Part shown: in pieces, positions 59,014-64,000 of the stretch
Layout: each line of letters opens with the position of its first letter
Numbering within the stretch: position 1 is the stretch's first letter
Source of the DNA: a virus
Taxonomy: Duplodnaviria; Caudoviricetes
Virus record (IMG/VR): IMGVR_UViG_3300028833_000058
Strand: one strand, 5' to 3'
Length of the DNA stretch: 64,000 nt
Position numbers and translations under genes: made by a program
Notes under the pieces: model-generated
What the model was told of the DNA's origin: nothing
Databases searched by the model: none
The model's input: the letters and a program-made list of their open reading frames with translations, nothing else

Positions 59014-62000
59014 ATGAAAGGACTTTACATGAGTGAGAATGTGAGTTTTGGTAGAGATAAGCTTGACTGCTTTGCAGAATTTGTACCAAATTTAATTTTA
59101 ATAGCAGAAAAGCCGTTAGATGACGATAAAGAAGTCATCTTTGACTCTAAAGAGGGACAAAACTATTTAGATTTATGCTCACAAAGTAGATTTAAAGACA
59201 TTCTCACTCACGTTACATATATAGATGATTCAAAAGACATAAGTTTTACAAAAGATATTCTGTTTTCGATATTAGAATACTATAGACAGAAAAATTGTTT
59301 AGATTTAAATAATCTCATAGTTGGTTTTATTGGTGAAAAAGCTTTTAATGCTTTTTACGATGATTACGATTCTGTCGGTGTAGATGATAAAAATAGCGTT
59401 ATTCTAGATAAACAATCGAAATCACTTAGAGTAATTATGTCTAGTGTTAATAAAAACTATAGATTCAATGTACCGTATGTAATTTTACCAAATTTAGATG
59501 AAGATATAACAAGAGCAACTGGTGTGTTAAATCAAGCTTCTAATTTTAAAAAAGGTGTTAAAAACCCTTATTCTACGACTGGTGACGTAGTTAAAAAATT
59601 AGAATTTATGCTCGATATGTATCAAAAAGGTATATTGAAAAGTTTCTGCATAGAAGGAAAGATAGATAAAGAAACGAATAAATTCAAATATTGTAAATTT
59701 TACGATAAACAAAGTAATGAAACTTGCTTCTATAAAAAGAAAGATGAAATTTGCAAAGATGACATGGCAGAAACAGTTAAATTGTTTAGCAGTACATTGT
59801 TATCAGCTGTAACTACAATCCCAGTCTATGGCAAAAACATTGAAGAAGTGATAAATTGCTTTAATGACAACGTAAGAGATAAAATAAGGATTGCCACAGA
59901 AGAAGACATTAAAAGTGAAGATGTAATAGACCAAGATTTTAGAGTGTATGGAAGTGCTAATGGTGAACCATCAGCTTGGTATGACAAATGGTACAAAGAA
60001 GCGTTTTTACCAAAATTAAAAGACCAAATAAGGGAAAAAGATAAAATAAGGAGAAGAAATACACTGGTACGGGATGGATATTTAGATGAACATAAGTACG
60101 AGTGGGTATACGATATTGAGGTATTTAAAGAAGATTGGTTGTTAGTTGCTAAAACGCTAGATGGAGAAAATAAAGTAATTTGTTGGAATGACCCAGAGCA
60201 CTTGAAAGTTTGGATTGCAAATAAGATTCTAATTGGATTTAACAACGCAGCGTATGATAACAATGTGATTAAATATGCAATGGGTTATAATACTGCACTA
60301 TCTAATTATCAAAAATCGATTAGCAATAATGTCAAAAAACCATTAACAGTAAAAGAATATTCAGACCTTATAATCAATGAAGAAGGAGATAAAGAATTCA
60401 CTAGTGACCCAACAGTACCAAACTTTTTATCTTGGGATTTATCTTTCCATTTACCATTTGATGTGAGACGTAACTCTTTGAAAAAACTTACAATGTCAGT
60501 TTTAAATAGAAAGAATTATGATTCTTCTGTTCCTTTTGATATAAATAGAAAATTAACTAAATATGAAAGAGAAGAAGTTGAAAAGTACTGCGAAATGGAC
60601 GTGGACAACACTCTAGCTTTATTTCTGCCTGACCCAGAAGATGTTAAAGCTAAAGAGTTAGACCCAAAACATGAAATGAGAACGTTTGCGAGAGAATCTT
60701 ACGATATTCGTTGGAATATGATAGTAGAATATTTCATGACACCAAAAACTTTATCGAATAAATCTGCTTCTTTTGCTGGTAAAGTTTTATGTGGGGAAGA
60801 TGCTAAACCAGACTTACAAAATCAAACAAAATTAATAAATGGAAGAAAAGTTTATTATTCGATTCCAGAGCTTGCTGAGAAAGAGTTAGCAGGAACAGAA
60901 CTTTTAGAGTTTTATCATAAACACCAAGAAAATCCAAAATATATAACAGAAAAGTTTGAATGTTATCTTGGTCCTCATGATGACAGTCACTTATATCAAT
61001 TTGGATTCGGTGGATTACACCAAGCGTTAATAAACTTTGGTAGTACAAATTTAGTTAACATGGACGTTGCTTCACTGTATCCATCATTGTTGGTGCAATA
61101 TGGTTTAATGTCAAGGGGTGCTAAAGCCAATCCAGATTCTTATGAACAAGTGTACCACAAACGTCTTGAAGCTAAAAAGATGTCTAAGACAAGTCATGAG
61201 TTAAAATACAAGTTACTTAACGAAGGTCTTAAATTGATTTTAAATGGTGCCATTGGTGCTATGCTTTCGGATTACAATCCTCTATATGACACTTGGTCAA
61301 ATTCTACAATTTGTGTACACGGACAACTTTTAATTTTCATCTTAGCTAAACGTTTATTTGACGCTGGTTTCAATATTGTACAGACTAATACAGATGGTAT
61401 CATGATTGAAAAACGGCCTGATAAAGATTTTATGCCTATCGCTGAACAATGGATGAAAGAAACAAGACTTGTTCTTGAATTTGATGACATTAAAATTCTT
61501 CAACAAAACAATGTTAATAATTATTACTGTGAATTTACTAACGGTAAGATTAAGTCTAAAGGGTTTTATCTATCAAATGAAAAATTTGGTAAAGCTACTT
61601 CTAAAATCTTATGTAATCTTGTAACGAATCAACCACCTTTGGATGGAGTTGTTCCGAGAGATTTCGTTATTTTCAAACGTCATGGTTTAGGTGAAATATA
61701 CGATGGTAAAACAAGAGAAAAACTCGAAGGTCGTAGTTTGGCATTTGTTGTAGGTTATCCAAATGACCCTCGTACTCAAAGTTATTATAGTCGTAGTAGA
61801 AATGAAAGAGAAATAGTTAAAAAAGGTGAAGATGGTAAACCAATTTTAGACCAGTATGGTAAACAAGTAACAGAAAAAGTAAATACAGAAAGTAAAATAT
61901 CTGGTTTTACTGACCACATGCTCTTAGTCGATGATTTAAACACTTTAACAATGCAAGAAATTAATACAAGAGAATATATAAATTTTGCTAAAAACTTGCT

Positions 62001-62742
62001 CGGTAAAGAAGAAGATTTTGGTCCTTATTACACAGAAGGGTATTTGAAATCAGATGAACCTACACACATGCAAGCTCTAAATCCGTTTAAAGATAACACA
62101 GAACCATATCCAACAAAGTCTGGTATGATAAATCGTAATTTCTTATTTGAATGTGACTATTTAACAAAAGAAGAACAAGAAGAAATGATAAAAGGATTTG
62201 AGGATAAGACATATAGAATAGTATGGTCTGGTCATAGAAGTTATCATATCGTAGTTAGATTAGATAAACCTGTTACATCTGTTAAATACAAGAGAGTATG
62301 GGAACAATTAGCACATATGTTGAAAATAATTGGTGCAGATGAAATGTGTAATCAACCGTCAAGATATACAAGGGTTCCAGACCAGATAAATCCAAAGACA
62401 GGTGAAATGCAAACATTATATAGTGAAAAGAAATATGTATTTAACACAGATGAGATACTTGAAAATCTCCAACCTTTAAAAAGTGATAAACCTGTTAAGC
62501 CTACCACGTTCAAAGGGGAGCCAACGAGGGAAGCTTTAGAAAAACACATAGCTAAACAAGATTGGAGTGAAGGTAACAGATTTGTAGCTTGTCAGAAGTT
62601 AAGCCCAGTTCTGATTTCTTTGGTTAGTCTCGAAGAATTATATGAGATGATACCTTGTAAGTTAGATAAAGACCATAAATATGTAATAAGAAGTAAGAGA
62701 AGAGCTTATGAAAAAATGAAAGCAGAAGAAGAAAGTTATTAA
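59014..62742 (+). CDS. Family B DNA polymerase with extra N-terminal (UDG-like) and C-terminal (primase-like) domains
   Basis: Exo I YDIEVF, Exo II GFNNAAYD, Exo III YCEMDV; polymerase motifs A DVASLYPS, B KLILNGAIG, C QTNTDGI. The start may be ATG 59029. Confidence 0.9.
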   Translation: MKGLYMSENVSFGRDKLDCFAEFVPNLILIAEKPLDDDKEVIFDSKEGQNYLDLCSQSRFKDILTHVTYIDDSKDISFTKDILFSILEYYRQKNCLDLNNLIVGFIGEKAFNAFYDDYDSVGVDDKNSVILDKQSKSLRVIMSSVNKNYRFNVPYVILPNLDEDITRATGVLNQASNFKKGVKNPYSTTGDVVKKLEFMLDMYQKGILKSFCIEGKIDKETNKFKYCKFYDKQSNETCFYKKKDEICKDDMAETVKLFSSTLLSAVTTIPVYGKNIEEVINCFNDNVRDKIRIATEEDIKSEDVIDQDFRVYGSANGEPSAWYDKWYKEAFLPKLKDQIREKDKIRRRNTLVRDGYLDEHKYEWVYDIEVFKEDWLLVAKTLDGENKVICWNDPEHLKVWIANKILIGFNNAAYDNNVIKYAMGYNTALSNYQKSISNNVKKPLTVKEYSDLIINEEGDKEFTSDPTVPNFLSWDLSFHLPFDVRRNSLKKLTMSVLNRKNYDSSVPFDINRKLTKYEREEVEKYCEMDVDNTLALFLPDPEDVKAKELDPKHEMRTFARESYDIRWNMIVEYFMTPKTLSNKSASFAGKVLCGEDAKPDLQNQTKLINGRKVYYSIPELAEKELAGTELLEFYHKHQENPKYITEKFECYLGPHDDSHLYQFGFGGLHQALINFGSTNLVNMDVASLYPSLLVQYGLMSRGAKANPDSYEQVYHKRLEAKKMSKTSHELKYKLLNEGLKLILNGAIGAMLSDYNPLYDTWSNSTICVHGQLLIFILAKRLFDAGFNIVQTNTDGIMIEKRPDKDFMPIAEQWMKETRLVLEFDDIKILQQNNVNNYYCEFTNGKIKSKGFYLSNEKFGKATSKILCNLVTNQPPLDGVVPRDFVIFKRHGLGEIYDGKTREKLEGRSLAFVVGYPNDPRTQSYYSRSRNEREIVKKGEDGKPILDQYGKQVTEKVNTESKISGFTDHMLLVDDLNTLTMQEINTREYINFAKNLLGKEEDFGPYYTEGYLKSDEPTHMQALNPFKDNTEPYPTKSGMINRNFLFECDYLTKEEQEEMIKGFEDKTYRIVWSGHRSYHIVVRLDKPVTSVKYKRVWEQLAHMLKIIGADEMCNQPSRYTRVPDQINPKTGEMQTLYSEKKYVFNTDEILENLQPLKSDKPVKPTTFKGEPTREALEKHIAKQDWSEGNRFVACQKLSPVLISLVSLEELYEMIPCKLDKDHKYVIRSKRRAYEKMKAEEESY

Positions 62743-62814
62743 GATATTTAATTATTATGACAATTGACTTTACTTGTTACAAGAAATGTTTTAAGCATGA
62801 AATGAGAGGAAAAG

Positions 62815-63075
62815 ATGTTTTGGTTTGACGATGCAAAAGAAGGTATAGAGATAAGTTTCGAAACAAGAGGTGTTGATGACGAAACTGTTGAATTCATATG
62901 GAATCAATTATCTCCAGAAAAGATTAAGAAGTTAGTAGAAAAAACAGGACAAAATCTTGTTGTTTATGACAAAAACGGTAAACAAGTGGCTGTTTATATA
63001 AAATATAACGAAACTAAACAGTTACACAAGAAGGTTTATACAGTTAGTTGTATGAAAAATATAAATGAGGGATAA
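62815..63075 (+). CDS. Hypothetical protein
   Basis: 86-aa ORF with GAGGA RBS. Confidence 0.65.
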   Translation: MFWFDDAKEGIEISFETRGVDDETVEFIWNQLSPEKIKKLVEKTGQNLVVYDKNGKQVAVYIKYNETKQLHKKVYTVSCMKNINEG

Positions 63076-63079
63076 AAAG

Positions 63080-63739
63080 ATGATTTTGAATATACAGTAT
63101 TTAGACAATTGGGAAAAACATGGTGAAGCTATCGATGGAGATAATCCTTGGGATGATGCTTATAGAGGTAAACATGTTTCATACAGATGCGGTGAAGAAT
63201 ATTCTTGGTGTAATCGTACATATTTTCACCCATTCTTACAAACAGAAGTGTTACCAATTTATGATAATGAAACTAAACAACAAATTGGTTGGATGGACGA
63301 AGATGATGGTCAAGTTTACAAATTACCATGGCTCATTGAATCAACAGAAGGTAATTCTGGTTATGATTTAAGAGCTGCAATTTCGGAACCAATTGTCATT
63401 AAACCGAATACAAGAGCTTTAATCCCAAATGGTATTAAGATTTCGTTTGGTGAAGGTTTTGATTCAAATGTTGAATTTCAAATTAGATGTCGTTCTGGTC
63501 TTGCTTATAAAAAAGGTATCATGGTAGTCAATGGTATTGGAACAATTGATTATAATTATCGTGGTGAACTAGGAACAATTCTTTATAACTCAGGAACAGA
63601 AGATTTTGTTGTAAACCGTGGTGATAGAGTCAGTCAAGGTGTTATATGTCCTATTTATAAACCAGAAATCGAGATTGTTGATTGGCTAGACACAACAGAT
63701 AGGGGAACTGGTGGTTTTGGTTCTTCGGGAGTTAAATAA
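63080..63739 (+). CDS. dut: Trimeric dUTPase with an N-terminal insertion
   Basis: SGYDL, RSGLA, GTIDYNYRGE, GDRVSQ and RGTGGFGSSG motifs; start placed at ATG 63080 (GAGG RBS). Confidence 0.95.
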   Translation: MILNIQYLDNWEKHGEAIDGDNPWDDAYRGKHVSYRCGEEYSWCNRTYFHPFLQTEVLPIYDNETKQQIGWMDEDDGQVYKLPWLIESTEGNSGYDLRAAISEPIVIKPNTRALIPNGIKISFGEGFDSNVEFQIRCRSGLAYKKGIMVVNGIGTIDYNYRGELGTILYNSGTEDFVVNRGDRVSQGVICPIYKPEIEIVDWLDTTDRGTGGFGSSGVK

Positions 63740-64000
63740 ATGAGTGAAAATCAATACCCATCTATAGATGTTTTAAAAACTGCTGTTCATGCTCTACAAA
63801 AGATGGATGAATTAGAAAACAAATGGCAACCTACGTTTGATGAAATGTTTGATGGTTGTTGGTGTATACCTAGTTATTTCAATGAACCTAGACGTGCTAT
63901 TATAACAATGATTGAACAGTTGTTTAATGATGTTCCTGGTCAATATGGTTCACATTTTAGTTGGTGGGTATATGAAGCAGAATGTGGTACTAAAGAAGGT
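63740..64000 (+). CDS. Hypothetical protein (3' partial)
   Basis: ATG immediately after the dut stop with GGAG RBS; frame open to the window end (MSENQYPSIDVLK...). Confidence 0.6.
   Translation, partial: MSENQYPSIDVLKTAVHALQKMDELENKWQPTFDEMFDGCWCIPSYFNEPRRAIITMIEQLFNDVPGQYGSHFSWWVYEAECGTKEG

Noticed and set aside
87-63371. Numerous short antisense or overlapping ORFs in the six-frame track (e.g. 87-731, 37884-38276, 41975-42433, 59826-60263)
   Set aside because: They lie within or opposite well-supported genes, lack RBSs and motifs, and are expected shadows of biased codon usage.
1-64000. Alternative genetic code (TAG/TGA recoding as in some gut phages)
   Set aside because: Long conserved genes are intact in code 11, and TAG or TGA stops are followed by new RBS and start pairs. 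Only one in-frame TAG junction was noted (4767) and it is reported separately.

Overview
This is an AT-rich, gene-dense 64 kb fragment of a large tailed dsDNA phage with a T4-like contractile-tail baseplate, read in the standard genetic code. A GapR/DUF2312 homologue and a GH19 endolysin point to a Gram-negative, probably alphaproteobacterial host (inference). Layout: (1) 1-12.7 kb, + strand: array of tail-fibre/receptor-binding genes (Gly-rich, BspA-type LRR and lectin-like modules), several sharing one short N-terminal motif; (2) 12.9-14.4 kb: a coiled-coil protein and a GH19 endolysin; (3) 14.4-21.7 kb, - strand: operon of a 269-aa protein ending in WCHSNCHSNCHSNHRSRR, an unknown 223-aa protein and six tandem radical SAM/SPASM-type enzymes, which is the most striking element and a candidate phage-encoded RiPP-like protein-modification system; (4) 22.9-47 kb, - strand: tail/baseplate module (tube paralogues, gp26-like chaperone with a candidate programmed frameshift, tape measure, gp53/27/5/25/6/7-like, fibres, holin); (5) 47-52.6 kb: Hef-like endonuclease, signal-peptide lysozyme with a 27-aa membrane peptide, ClpP, AEP-like protein, GlyA; (6) 52.9-64 kb, + strand: DNA-binding proteins, terminase, RecA, GapR, a family B DNA polymerase apparently fused to UDG-like and primase-like domains, and dUTPase. 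Two recurrent promoter-like motifs are visible: AGTTCTA before structural genes, and TTTACW-N16/17-TAWAHT-like elements. No tRNA, rRNA or CRISPR array was recognised. All family calls come from motif recognition by eye, not database searches.
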